Below, piece after piece: positions 1 through 12,718 of a DNA stretch of 64,000 bases. This DNA comes from Adineta vaga (lineage: Eukaryota > Animalia > Rotifera). The translations under genes and the position numbers were made by a program. Position 1 is the first letter of the stretch. The number at the start of each line of letters is the position of its first letter. The notes beneath the pieces were generated by a model. It saw nothing but the letters and a program-made list of their open reading frames with translations. It had not been told where the DNA came from and made no database searches. Location of the stretch: assembly GCA_021613535.1 (NCBI GenBank), contig CP075492.1, forward strand, positions 6,262,001-6,326,000, in the 5' to 3' direction.

Positions 1-3000
1 TTCTGATGAACCTGATCGTTCTGATTCAAGTTGTTGATAGAGATCATTTTTCTCTATAAAAAATATCACGAAATGAATTAGATTAGAAAGAAAATGATTT
101 CTTTGAATTACCTTTAACTAATTTGGAATTGTTATCTTCCATTTCTTTACGTAATTTTTCTTCTTTTTCAAGAGCTTCCTTCAATGCTTTGAAGTCTTCT
201 TCGAGTTTCTTCATTTCTTCTTCTTGACGAGCAACCGAAAGTAATGGTTTAACTTTAGTATAAAGTTTCCACCATGGCCAATTACGTAATGATAAGTATT
301 TGCGAAGATTGCGTTGTACAACTGATAAAGCCAATCGTTGTTCCAATTTTTTCTTGTATTCTTTCTTCATAATATAACCACGAATTTGACCTTGTAATGC
401 AGAAATAATTTTCGATAAAGCTTGATCACGTAAATCTTCTAATTGACCTAATGTACCAGCTTTGAAGAAAACTTTTGTAATACCACATCGGTATAATTCT
501 TCATTCAAAGCAATATCTTTAAGAATATCTTCCGAAGCTTTCTTGGCATCAACAAAACCTTTAGGAATAGCATTAGGTGCAAGAATTGAATAACGTTGTT
601 TGAATTCTGCATAGATCATGCGGTTAGGAAAGCCTTTACGACAAATACGAATGCCTTCTAATACACCGTTACATGTCAATTGATGCATAACCAAATGAGC
701 ATCAAGAACACCACCAGTTTTGATTTCATTTGGAATAATACAACGAACAAAGTGAGGATGTGTTTGTTTCAAAGTATTCATCAATTTGTTTAATTGTTCC
801 TAAATAAGTAATACATTATTGTTTTTATTCTCTAATCAAATGAATAATAAGATAAGATTTACCCGATGAGTAGCTGAAATGGTTTGCATACTACCACCAC
901 CTTTCTTCTTACCACCACCACCTTTACTACCTTCTTCTTCGAGAACATCGGCAAAGAGATGACATAACATAACGTTCTTCGATTTAGCGAAGAGGCTAGC
1001 TCTATAGGTTGATAAAAAGAAAAGAAAAGAAAGAAAATCTTAATTTTCAAGATAAGATGGAAATATGAATGAAACACTTACACAGTATTGTTGATGGGAT
1101 CTTTGTTCTTTTCGAGCCATCCAGTAGCGGTATATGATACAGTACCAGCATAATGATGGATATCAAAATGTGCTTCGGCTTTACCTTTGCCTGGTTTTGG
1201 TTTACCGAATTGTGGATGTTTACCCAAATGTTGACCGTAAAGTTTTTCAACAAATGTCTTGTCCGTAGCTTTTGGAACAATACATTCTTCTTCGAGAATC
1301 GATAGAATACCCATCGGCTATATTATTGGAAAAAAAGAAGATAACTATCAAAGAAAGAACAAAAAATGAAAAGAGGCCTTACCTTCTCAATCAAATCAAG
1401 ACAAGCTTGTAAATCCATACCAAAATCAACGAACACCCAATTAATACCTTCTTTCTTATATTCTTCTTGTTCCAAAACGAACATGTGATGATTGAAGAAT
1501 TGTTGAAGACGTTCGTTTGTATAATTAATACACAATTGTTCGAATCCATTGTACTACAAAAATGAGTTCATTTTTTGTTTTAAACATTCAAATTACAATA
1601 GGAGAACAAAACTTACTTCGAAAATTTCAAAACCAGCAATATCAAGGACAGCAATGAAGTATTGTCGTTTTGCTTTAACATCGAGTGTGACGTTGACACG
1701 TTCGACTAACCAGATGAACATACGAAAGTAGATCTAATGGAATAACAGAAGAATTTGATTTCGTTTCTCAATGAAAATCTTAAAATATTCATACCGATTT
1801 TGATAGAGCACCAATTGAGTTGATGACTTGATCTTTATTTTGACCTTTGTTAACATATTCGTTACCGACCTAAATGAAATCAACAATTGATTATCTAATA
1901 AGTTAATAATTTGAATGCAAACCTTGATACGTGGCTTGAGTAAACCTTTTAAGAGATCGGCTGCTTCAACACCAAGTAAGTGGGCGACTTTTTCGACCTC
2001 TTCTGTTCCATCGGCCTCGGCTTGTTCTTCACGAGGTCGTTGTTTCCATTGAGAATTACCCCAATGCATGATGGCAGATGTACATTTGTACAAGTTTCTC
2101 TTTTCATCCTGAAATTACAGTACATAAATAAAAATTTCAAGAAAAATCTAAATAGTTTCGATACGAACCGCGGTAAAACCAAGAACATCCATAGCTTCGT
2201 CGGTCAATTTCATTTCTTCGACATCATCGACACCATCAATGGTAAGCATACCTTGAGCGACATAGAAGTATTTCGATGGATCAGGTTCAATTAAACAGTC
2301 CTCTGCGAATAGAAAAATCCATAATCATATATGTGTATCGATTACATGAACACATTTACTTTGCATTTCAGGAAAAGCTGCCGAACATATTTGATAGAAA
2401 ATATGGTAGTTACGTTCAGCTATAATAAATAATCATTAGTGAGTCATAGATTATACGAGAAGGAAAGCTATACCTGGTTGCTACAATAAAGAAAAAAATT
2501 GAATTAGAATTGAAAAGGATAGATTTTTTATTTAATAAAACTAACCTGAAAGATGACACGCGATTTTTCAAGTAAATATACTTCAATATCGGCGCCAGCG
2601 ATTTTACCTGTTGGACCAAAATGAATACGAATAAATTTACCCTATTTAAAAGAAAAACAAATGGCACGTCAGAATGAATATCAATTAAATAGAATTTCAA
2701 TTATCTTACGAAACGAGAAGAGTTGTTGTTTCGAGTAGTTTTTGCATTTCCATAAGCTTCCAATACGGGATCTAGTCACGAGAAAAGATTATTATCAGAA
2801 AAACTCTTTTTTCTTCTAGAATGTCTACTTACTGGCTGCAACGATTTGATCTTCAAGTGTTTGTTGTTTCTATTTCAAATACAAATATACAATGGAATGA
2901 AAACATGAACATGTTGATGGATGAACTTACAGCTCCAGCTGCTGCGGCATCATCCTTCTTCTTGTCGGTTGCTGCAGCGACCAAAGCAAAATACTGAATA

Positions 3001-4146
3001 ACCTTCTTGGTGTTTTCAGTTTTTCCAGCACCTGATTCACCAGTAATCAACATTGATTGATTTTCACGATCTAAATTCAATGACATAACATTATCAATCA
3101 ATAATTAATAACATCTATTTATCATTATTCTACAACATCCAGTCTCTCTTATTCATATTCATAACAATCGTAAAGATAAATCTCTTTCTTTCTTTTTACT
3201 TTCCATCTGGTTTATGTGCTCGTTTCCTTCTGGTTATTAAGACGGTATGGATATTAATCGATGTGTTAATTGCTTTATTCTCATCTCGTATAGACAAATA
3301 ACTTTGAGAACATAACATTCGAAGGAACAAAAAATGAATATATCTTCTCTAACAATATGTTTGCTAATCGTTTCGAGGTGTTTTACAATAATTTATGTAT
3401 GTAACTATTGTTTAAATAGACTTGTCAATAGAAGTTGATACTTACCACGAAGCATATTCGAATAAGCATTGTCAGCAATAGCATACAAATGTGGAGCAAC
3501 TTCAGTACGTTTTTTGCCCCGATACATCATGACTACCTTTAGTGTGTAGATAGGAAGACGTTTGAATGGATTGATGACAACACAAAAAAGACCCGAATAG
3601 GTCTACAAAAAAAAACAAAAAAAATTCATGTTATAATAAAGAAAAAAAAAGATAGATACATACATAAATGAGCCATCGTGCATAACGTTCTCGTAAATTG
3701 GCGAAAACTGAAGCATCATTCAAATAAGTTAAATCAGCCATATCATCGTAACATGAATATTTAGGTGGATTCATTTGTTGAATAAGATCAGTTTTCACTG
3801 TTACTTTCTAAATGAAGAAAAAGCAAAAAGTTTTAATTCATCATCAAGATATTCCATAAATTGATAATCACCTCTCCTTTTGGTGTTTGTACGATGGTTT
3901 GATCACCTTTAGTTTCGATAATCTCACCAGCAGAGTAGACTTCCTTGGCATCAGGAATCCAACAAGCCTTTTTAGCATCAAATGGTTGAGAACGAAGTTT
4001 CAATTTCTCTTCCGTTGGTAAAAGCAAAAATTTCAAAGCATCTTTCAGCTCTGCATCATTTGGATCATAATTCATCCTTAAAACAAGATAAATTCAATCT
4101 TTAGAAATAATCTTCAATCATTCTCAACGTACGATTCAGCCGACAT
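1..4146 (-). CDS. Mhc: Myosin II (muscle-type) heavy chain, 5' part (motor domain, IQ region, start of rod); multi-exon, runs off the left edge
   Basis: Spliced exons give MSAESMNYDP..., P-loop [13 protein letters not shown], switch [62 protein letters not shown] and [14 protein letters not shown]; GT-AG introns. ATG at 4146 with a short first exon. Confidence 0.97.
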
Positions 4147-4337
4147 GATTATTGTTTTGTTAAATAAAGTTTAACAAAAGAATTTAATTAGAAGCAATAA
4201 TTTTCAGCAGCAGAAATATCTTCTTGTCGTCTATACCGATGTTTGAATGCTCGCGTCGATACGTCTCTGCGAAACAGATTTGTCTGCTTATTGACGCTCA
4301 CTTATATAGGATCTAGATTTGGATGAAAGAGAAAATA

Positions 4338-4366
4338 GAGAGAGAGAGAGAGAAAGAGAAAGAGAG
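4338..4366. repeat. (GA)n / GAGAAA microsatellite upstream of the myosin gene
   Basis: Direct reading: gagagagagagagagaaagagaaagagag. Confidence 0.8.
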
Positions 4367-4894
4367 AAAATTACCAAAAAAGAATTTTCTCTCGATTATT
4401 CGAATTGTTATTTTTTCCTTCATGCTATTTCTATTAACTCGCTTGGACAGATATTATCCGCAAGCATCTTCTTATGATTTTGCAATTTGTTTATCGCATT
4501 ATGTGACCAGATGGCAGGCCAAGCGCGCACAAAGAAAGAGAGAGTGAGAGAGAGCGAATAAAGAAAAGAAAAACAATTGTATGCCTTTCACTTCACCAAA
4601 CTATAGAGCAATATTACTTTGTTCGGTTCGATTAACCGTGATATTAGTAAAAGACCATATGTATTGATTATCTCTTTGTTTAAGACTAATGCTATTTCAA
4701 TTTGCAACCTTTTGGGCTAAATCAAATAAGGAAATGATCTTATCATCTCGCTAAGAGATATGCAAAAAGACAAAGTTAAGTTTCCGTAGACGATAGATAA
4801 ATAAGAGTATAATTGGATAACGCCTTGATGGAAATGCATCAATATAAAATAAATTACCAAAATAGCCTCGAATTTCTCATCTAGTCAAAAATTT

Positions 4895-4904
4895 CCAAAT
4901 ATGG
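4895..4904. promoter_or_regulatory. Candidate CArG box (SRF site) upstream of muscle myosin
   Basis: CCAAATATGG is a perfect CC(A/T)6GG about 750 bp upstream of the ATG. A near-CArG/TATA (CCTATATAAG on the minus strand) lies at 4301-4310. Confidence 0.35.
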
Positions 4905-6791
4905 ATATCGGCATCCATACCAATCGTTTATCTCAATGCCGTTAAATAATCAATCGAGAAAATTCTTTCTCGTTATATCATTCTCTATATAGCAGACTAA
5001 AAAAAAAAAGTCATGATGACTTTGTTTTCAGTACCATTCTATGTTTACACATCGATGTTCCATTATGAAGAGAGAGTGTGTGTGTGTATACAAAAAGTAA
5101 ATAAAACATCGAAGTCAACAAATATACGTCAGATGATAATACTTAACTTCGTGAAAAAAAACAGATATTCAACAAACGAGAAAAGATGTTCTACAGATTA
5201 TGAGAATGATTGATCTCAAAAAACCAAGTAGACAGATGAAAAATGTCTTAACATATTAGTCTAATCACATAAATAATAAGGTAACGATGGGAGGCCAAAA
5301 AAAAGGAAGAAGATAATTAATTAACAACAACAACAACATTCGACAGCAGCAATAAAAAATGACAAATAGAAAAAGAGTCATCATCAATCATAGAATCGTT
5401 CGCGTAGGTTGATAATTTTGATACCAATAATCAATCGGTTAGGTCGACATGGAATCTAATTCTTATTTGATAACCATTTTTCTCAAGCGTATATAATAGG
5501 ATATTGATGATTTTGTCTGATAAGCAGTGACAGTTTGCGATCATGATTAAATTATTTAACATAAATTAGCAACCGCTTCAAAGAAAAAGTATCTCAAAAG
5601 TCAAGTTTGAAATGTGAATTCATTGATGAAGGGATCAAATTTAGTATGAAAATAACTCAGTAATAGAATTCATGGCATGTTGATAATATATCAACTCGAA
5701 GATGCGTGTTGCTAATGATCATTTTGCAATATTTTATTACATATCTTAAGACAACCTATGTATATCGAAGAACAGCAAAAGATAATCGACGATAACAAAG
5801 ATGTATGAGTATACTCTTCCTTTCTCGCTCGACATACATATATCTCTAAATGTCTGTGCATATATATATATATACGTATATATGAACAGTGAGAACCGAT
5901 AAATTTATTACTGAGATTTGATGTATCGTTAAAATAACATAATCGATTGTAAATTGATCACAAAAAGATCCTTCTTTTTTCTTAGATATATTTCTATATG
6001 CTTTGTTTATCTTTTTTAACAGCAGGAGAATTTCAATGACTTATTTCTCTCTGCTTTATTTTGTATTGCGTTACATATAATCCAGAAAGAAAAGCATAAT
6101 TCTTTCCAGAAATGGCATTCCCAATGGAAAATAATATCGTTAATTGGGTATGAGAAGTCAAGAAAAAGCTTCTAATATGAAAGATCTTCCATAGACACAT
6201 TTCTTGCACTACTAACAATACTATCCGTTGCGATTTTACTAGAATAATTTATAATATAAATTGGCAAAGGAGATGATATGTGCTAGGATACCGAAACAAA
6301 GGATGATGACGAAAAGGATACAACATAAAAGATAAGAAAATATCAGAGAAAAAAATATAAACTATAAGATGAAAGAAATGAAAAAAATAACGCATTAAAC
6401 AACGTAAGGTAAGTAAATATGATGTATACAGTAAGTCATTTCATAACCTGTCTTGAAAATCTTTTGTAAGATTCGCATAAAAACTTCGCCACTTATTTTG
6501 AAAAAATCTGTCAGCAATTTTTGACATGTGATTATATCTATAATATGTCAACCTTAAAATATATGTTGTCTCAATATTCAGAATGATATGATCTGAAACA
6601 GGAACAAAAACAAATCTATATGTGACATGAAGACACTTCAGCATGTTGATTATATGAAAAACAAACATTAGATATTTCTACTGCAATTACCCCTGCATAA
6701 CAAAAAATTATATTCATTAGCTGATTGATATTGCAAATATGTAACACATTATGTATATTTTATGATTGAATCTATTTTAGAAACATCTTAG

Positions 6792-7361
6792 ATGACTACA
6801 AACAATAATACTGTACCATCGTCTACAAAAAAAACTAAAAAAAATGATTGGGATCCAATAAAAGATAGTGAAAAACAAAAATTTTGTGTACAAGAAAAAC
6901 CTCCACTTTCACTTTGTCAATCCCTTCGATCAACTATTTCTGTTAATCCAAGCGGTAAACAATGGAAACCATCTGGTGTATATAATCCACCTGTCATTTA
7001 TGATGATACTCCACCTCCGAAAGTCACCGATGAACAACCAAAAGTTGAGGAGGTAGAGTCTAAGATAAAAAAACCTGCTTGGTATCCAGCTGGTGTTGTT
7101 AAATACAAACAACCAAAATTATCAGGTGAAGAAAACAATTCAGGAAAAAAAGAAGACAAGGAAACAACGACTGATCCAAAACCGCGATCTAAATCTAAAG
7201 ATAAACACATCGCTATTCCATGGCGTCCTTCTGGTAATCCCGAATATGAACCAGTATTATATTTTGATCCACCAAGTTTGAGATGGTCATCAAAACAAAT
7301 CAAAGAAACAATGCCCGAATTTCAATCAACATCAAAGAAATCAGCAACGAATCAAAAGTGA
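6792..7361 (+). CDS. Uncharacterised 189-aa Lys/Pro-rich protein with three W-x-P-[SA]-G motifs
   Basis: Single ORF with coding-like composition in AT-rich DNA; splice-acceptor-like ttttag just upstream; motifs WKPSG, WYPAG, WRPSG. Confidence 0.65.
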   Translation: MTTNNNTVPSSTKKTKKNDWDPIKDSEKQKFCVQEKPPLSLCQSLRSTISVNPSGKQWKPSGVYNPPVIYDDTPPPKVTDEQPKVEEVESKIKKPAWYPAGVVKYKQPKLSGEENNSGKKEDKETTTDPKPRSKSKDKHIAIPWRPSGNPEYEPVLYFDPPSLRWSSKQIKETMPEFQSTSKKSATNQK

Positions 7362-7871
7362 TCATGGTATATTTTGTTCTTAAAAATAGACGTTATTTTC
7401 CTTTCATACGATCAATTTTGACAAATAAATACTTTCCATTTATCAATTATTTAAAGCAATCTTTTAATATCTATTATGTATTTGCAAAGCAATATCTACG
7501 AATAAAGGGATGAATAGAATATACGCATCTCTGTTTGTGGTAGAGATAATTGCCTTGAAATAAAGACCATACAATATGATTAGAAAAGTTCGATGATTGC
7601 ATCTATATGCTAACGCGTTTCCTCTAATTCATTCTCATGCATTTGAAAAAACGATGATATTCAATAGGAATGAGCACTTCTTTATTAAATTAATTTAGAA
7701 ATAAAAAACGATTAACGTTTCTTTACAGATGTAGACACTAGATTTTCTAATCTAAATAAACCTTGTCAGGTGAGTCGTAACTATAATATTTATTTCAATC
7801 ACGAATAATATAAAATTTAAAAAAAGAGACTGATTTTATAAATTCACTCTCAATAAATTCATCTTAGATTT

Positions 7872-9045
7872 TCATTTATTTTGTAAGGTACGAAATGTTA
7901 GATTGATACGAGGTTCTTTTACATTTTTCTCCTTGGGTACTGAATGTTTCCAATACTGTTGTGTTGCCCCTAACATTACGATCAATGATCCGTTGTTCAA
8001 CGAGAATTCATACTAAAGTATCGAACAAAATGAAAACAACTATCCAAAGTAAATGGATGACGTTAAATTACATCTTTCTTGTTTGGATGTGTTAACGGCT
8101 TTCTTTTCCGTGTCAACTTCTTGCCAAAACAGCTAAGATGGCGAACAAGAAATCTACACGTAATTTATAGAAACAGTTTGTATATCGAAAAGCAAATGAT
8201 TGATAGAAAAAAATATATACCTTCGTGTAGCACCTAATGTCATAGAAGCAATAATATCTTTCGCTTCATTATCAGCATGGAAATTAATATAGTCGTTTCC
8301 ATCTCGATATAAATTAACTAGACAATAATCGAATTCTATACCTACATAATGAAATAGGAATTTCTCTGATATCTTAGAGTAGATTGAAATGTACCCAATT
8401 GTTTTTCGAGTTGAGCTTTTAACTTTCGCATTGGTGCCGTCCAAACATGCTGTTTTTGTTTCTGATATAGTTCTTTCACAAGTAATCCTTCCTCTGCAAA
8501 CCAAGATTGAAGACGAGGCTATGATTTAAATGAAAAAGAAAAACAAACGAGCACAGAAATTTCATTGATTTTTCTTCCTTATAATATTAACATACCAAAT
8601 TGACAGGTTTCCCATACATACTAATTTCAGTATGTTCGAAATTTAATTCTATGAATCGAAAAAGAAATATTAGTAAAATTGTTGTTTTTCTTCTGATTAT
8701 ATATTGAATATGAGTACCTTTCATCAAGTGATTAAACAAAAAATCACCTTCTTCTTTAGTTATAAAGTTAGGACACCATTTCAATGTTGATTGTGAATCA
8801 ATCTGTGTTTCTTCTAAGATTGGTGTCTCCTTGAATTGAAACCTACAATTGAGTAAAATATTAGAGTTGCCTTCTTGAATAACTTCGTATATTGTTTACA
8901 ATTTGTCATTCGTCTCCTCTTGTTCTTCATTTGTATCCAAATCTGATTCCATTCTTTTTCGTTTTTTTGATGTTATGTTTATGTTCGTATTTAATCTATC
9001 ATATGCATGCATTGTATCTTGAGCTTTTTCATATTCTGCATCCAT
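7872..9045 (-). CDS. AlkB-family 2OG-Fe(II) dioxygenase (ALKBH2/3-like DNA repair demethylase), multi-exon
   Basis: Spliced product MDAEYEKA...PRLQSWF...NLYRDGNDYINFHADNE (HxD)...WKHSVPKE...RINLTFR*; all introns GT-AG. Confidence 0.9.
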
Positions 9046-10977
9046 TCTGTTAGGTAGTACTTTTTGAGTTCAAGTATAAAAAATAATCTAGAGATAACAT
9101 AACAGATGTTTAAATATGACTAGAGAACAGTCCCAAAACATTTATTACGAAATTTCCTTTGAAATAAAAAGAAAGAATGATTTCGGTAAAAATAATGAAA
9201 GTGACTCAAAATTACGTTCTTTTATATAGTGATTATAAATATTTCTTCAAGCATATGCAATTTTGATTACTCTCTTAAAATATAGTTTTATCAAAATAGA
9301 AACATAAGATAGAATGTTTATTTCGTACTTTAATAAAGCGTCATTAAAAGATACATTTTTTTATCAGTTATGTCAGTCAAATGTAATTATCTGTGAATTG
9401 AGCAATAACACACTGTTTTTAGATGTTTTTCATCTTCACCTAATTGCGCAATAACGTCACAAACATCGACAACATGTTAGTTTTTTTTTCTGATTATGCG
9501 ATGCTTTGGCATTATGTGGTATGGACATATTTGCGAGAATTATATGAGACTAGCATACCTTCAAACCTTTTCGTTTTTCTTTCTTAAAATTCATTACACG
9601 GATCACAAAGATAAGTATGACGTATAAATAAATGATCACGTTGCAAATCAATTTTGCTGTCCATACATTTGATGAAAGGAATGCAACAGTGAAAATGATC
9701 TCTTTATCTTTTCGAAATACAAATGGGAGACGAAGTCTTAAAGAGGCTAAAAGAATAATACGTAATATGAAATTTTATGCCAAAAAACAGATTATGACAT
9801 GATACCAACTTAAGTCGTAAAATGAATTACTGATATTCTGGAAAAATCAGGTTCATTAAATAACTTTTATAAATATCTCACTGAGTCTTCGAATCAAGTT
9901 GTCGAAGTTGAAAATTCTCTATTAGGTCAAACTCGTTAGAACGTAGATTGAACAGATCACTGGATAGAAATGCTCTTTCATTTGAAGAATTTCCAGGTGG
10001 AGACTATGCTATATGGAATTTAACATCACAAAAGCATTCATAATAACTCGAGAAACACTAAGTTTTTTAATTAAATAGAACTTTTTTTATTGAGAATAGT
10101 TTTAAATAGTGTAGGTCCATCATTCACGTGCTTGAACAAATTTAAAATTGATTTATTGCATTATTATTTAAACTTAGTAAAAGAATGGTGAAGAATTATA
10201 CATGAACAGTATGTCTTTTCAATCAACTGATAGCCTCTTTTTTCGATTGATGATTAGCATGGACGTTTTTATAGTGGTTCTCTTTGTAAACTCGAAAGGA
10301 ATGTTTTGTCCAAGCATGATTTCGACTGTGTTTATTGTAAAAATGAATCATTTATGGAAGAATAGATAGAACAATAGAATGTTAACTGAGAAATTCAATA
10401 TTTTTGTATTATCGATAGTCATTTTGAAATGAACTCGATAATAAATACTACCAGAACGAATGATTGCGAGTTGTGACAAAACTTTGCAAATTGTCTACAG
10501 TTCATAGTTTTATTCATAATACATCTTAGATAAGTTCAATGATGAAAAGAAAAATGCGTCTGAGTTCTGTTCGAAATGTTCTTAAAATTAGTATATTTGT
10601 ATAACAAACAATACTAACATCGACGAAATACTAGAAGATTGTCAATTGTAAAATAGCTAGTTTAAGTATAAATGAATTTATATCCTTATTTTTATACTCT
10701 GTTATTTGTAGATACATGAGAACCATTGTTGAAAGAAACTTACGAAGAATATAAGCAATGGTATCTACCAATAACATTCAAAATAATTGTTGATCTTTTG
10801 ATTGAAGTCTAGGTGTTCTACTGATAGTAGTCACTTGTGGATTGATAATGATTTGAGGATGACGCATTGTATTTCTTGTTCGACGGATATTTTTTACTGT
10901 TCAAAATCCCAATATAGTCAACAAAAGAGGTGGAATAATTCCAGTAATTGTAAGTGCATTAAAAGTCATAAATGTTG

Positions 10978-11115
10978 TAAACCCCCCTCCAGAATAGAAG
11001 CCCACTGGGCTTTTTATGTGTCCAGAAAATTATAAGTCTAAAGGTGTGCTTATATGAAGGCACTATTTTTTTCGCATTGCTGGTTAGGCGGGCTTGTATT
11101 CTGGAGGGGGGTTTA
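10978..11115. mobile_element. MITE-like element, 138 bp, with 26-bp terminal inverted repeats
   Basis: Left taaacccccctccagaatagaagccc (10978-11003) matches the reverse complement of 11090-11115 at 25/26; GC-rich island in AT-rich intergenic DNA; no ORF support. Confidence 0.65.
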
Positions 11116-12718
11116 GAAAAACCTGGTCGATAAAAGCAAATAAAGAAATTAGGACCAAATTCTGTGATTTCAGTAAAAATCAATGCATGATTTTGTAATA
11201 AACACCAGGATACGTTTAAAACGATTGTAATTGAACGACGCGTACTAAGTCTTCTTGTTTCAGCATTCAATGAAGTAACCAAAACACGATTTTTTGGTAT
11301 CGATACCATTTTCTTCTATCTTTTTTGTAAACTTCTAATTGACATCATATAGAGCAAAACTGCATCTGAGTAAATGCTATATTTGTAAAAAAATTTGATC
11401 ATAGTTGTTTGCATATCTCAGATCATTCATTCAAAGATTGTTTTCGTATTAACATGTATTTTACAGGATGAATGCATAGTAATTTTGCGTATATGTTCAA
11501 CTAATGAATGATTTTCGTTTGCCTGAACATAGTCTAAAACATGCAGAATACTAAATATCTGTAACGATTGTTTAGTTCGAAAAAACTATGTCAAAACATG
11601 TTATTCATACTGAAACATTATAATTATAATTCTTTTGTATTTAAATAGTCTTACTACCTTGTATGATAAACCATATCAGCGATATTTACGAAAACGACAA
11701 AAATCAAGTACGTATTTCGCAAATCATACGATTTTATTTTTTTTTGTCCTTGAAGAAAGAAAATCTATTCGCTAATGTTATTAGATTCAATAAATATCGT
11801 AGTTTCTAAATAAAAACAAATAAATTAAAGTAATATAATACTGTTAATTAAAAAATAAATTAAATTTATTCTATTACATGAAATTTATCTCGCTCTACTT
11901 TACAGTTTACATCAAAGGTCATTTTGCTCGTTATATTCTATCCCAAGTTCCAATTAAATAGTACAGGTAACTATCAGCATGCTGTCTGCGTGTTATATTG
12001 ATACAAAAAGATATGACAGATGCGCTGTCAATGAATGAATAATAGATAGATGAATAAGCCATTAAATTTACCTACCTACCTGTATATTGCTTCGTTATGG
12101 TAAATATTTTGAATAATAACTTATCCCTTTCATTCATCATCAGATATTGCACTTATATTATATGCATTGAGTATACAATAAAAATCTATTTCGTATTTTT
12201 CTCCTAATTTTTCTACTTAACATTGCATTTTTATTATGAAATAAATGAAATACATCTATACATAGGTAATTGTTGCAACGCAGAAAAACTTATAAACAAA
12301 GTTAGACGTTAATAGAAGTCCTATTTCACCTTTCATTTTATACGCAATATATACTGTTGAATTTAGTTGTCTATTCATTACAAATGTAATCTATTCCTCA
12401 TCATTACCTATCGGTACGTACAATACACAATTTTTCTTATCGATGATGTTGAAAAAGATATTACAATGATAAAAAAACATTTCTTTATTATGAAAGTGTT
12501 ACTTTCGTCATAAAATCATATTAGCAATCTCGCATTCTTCGAATAGAACATCATATACCAAATTAAGCGATCATGTAATTCGTATGGATGCCTTATCATC
12601 ATCTTAGATATCTATAATAGCAATATTTCTTTAGAATTTTCCTCTCATTGATAACTGATTTGTTTTAGATCTAGTAAAAACCAACGCCATTCGTTGACAA
12701 AATAAAACAAAAAGAACA

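Noticed and set aside
10802-11309. Overlapping ORFs sharing a KPPSRI peptide on opposite strands
   Set aside because: Artefact of translating the two inverted repeats of the MITE-like element.
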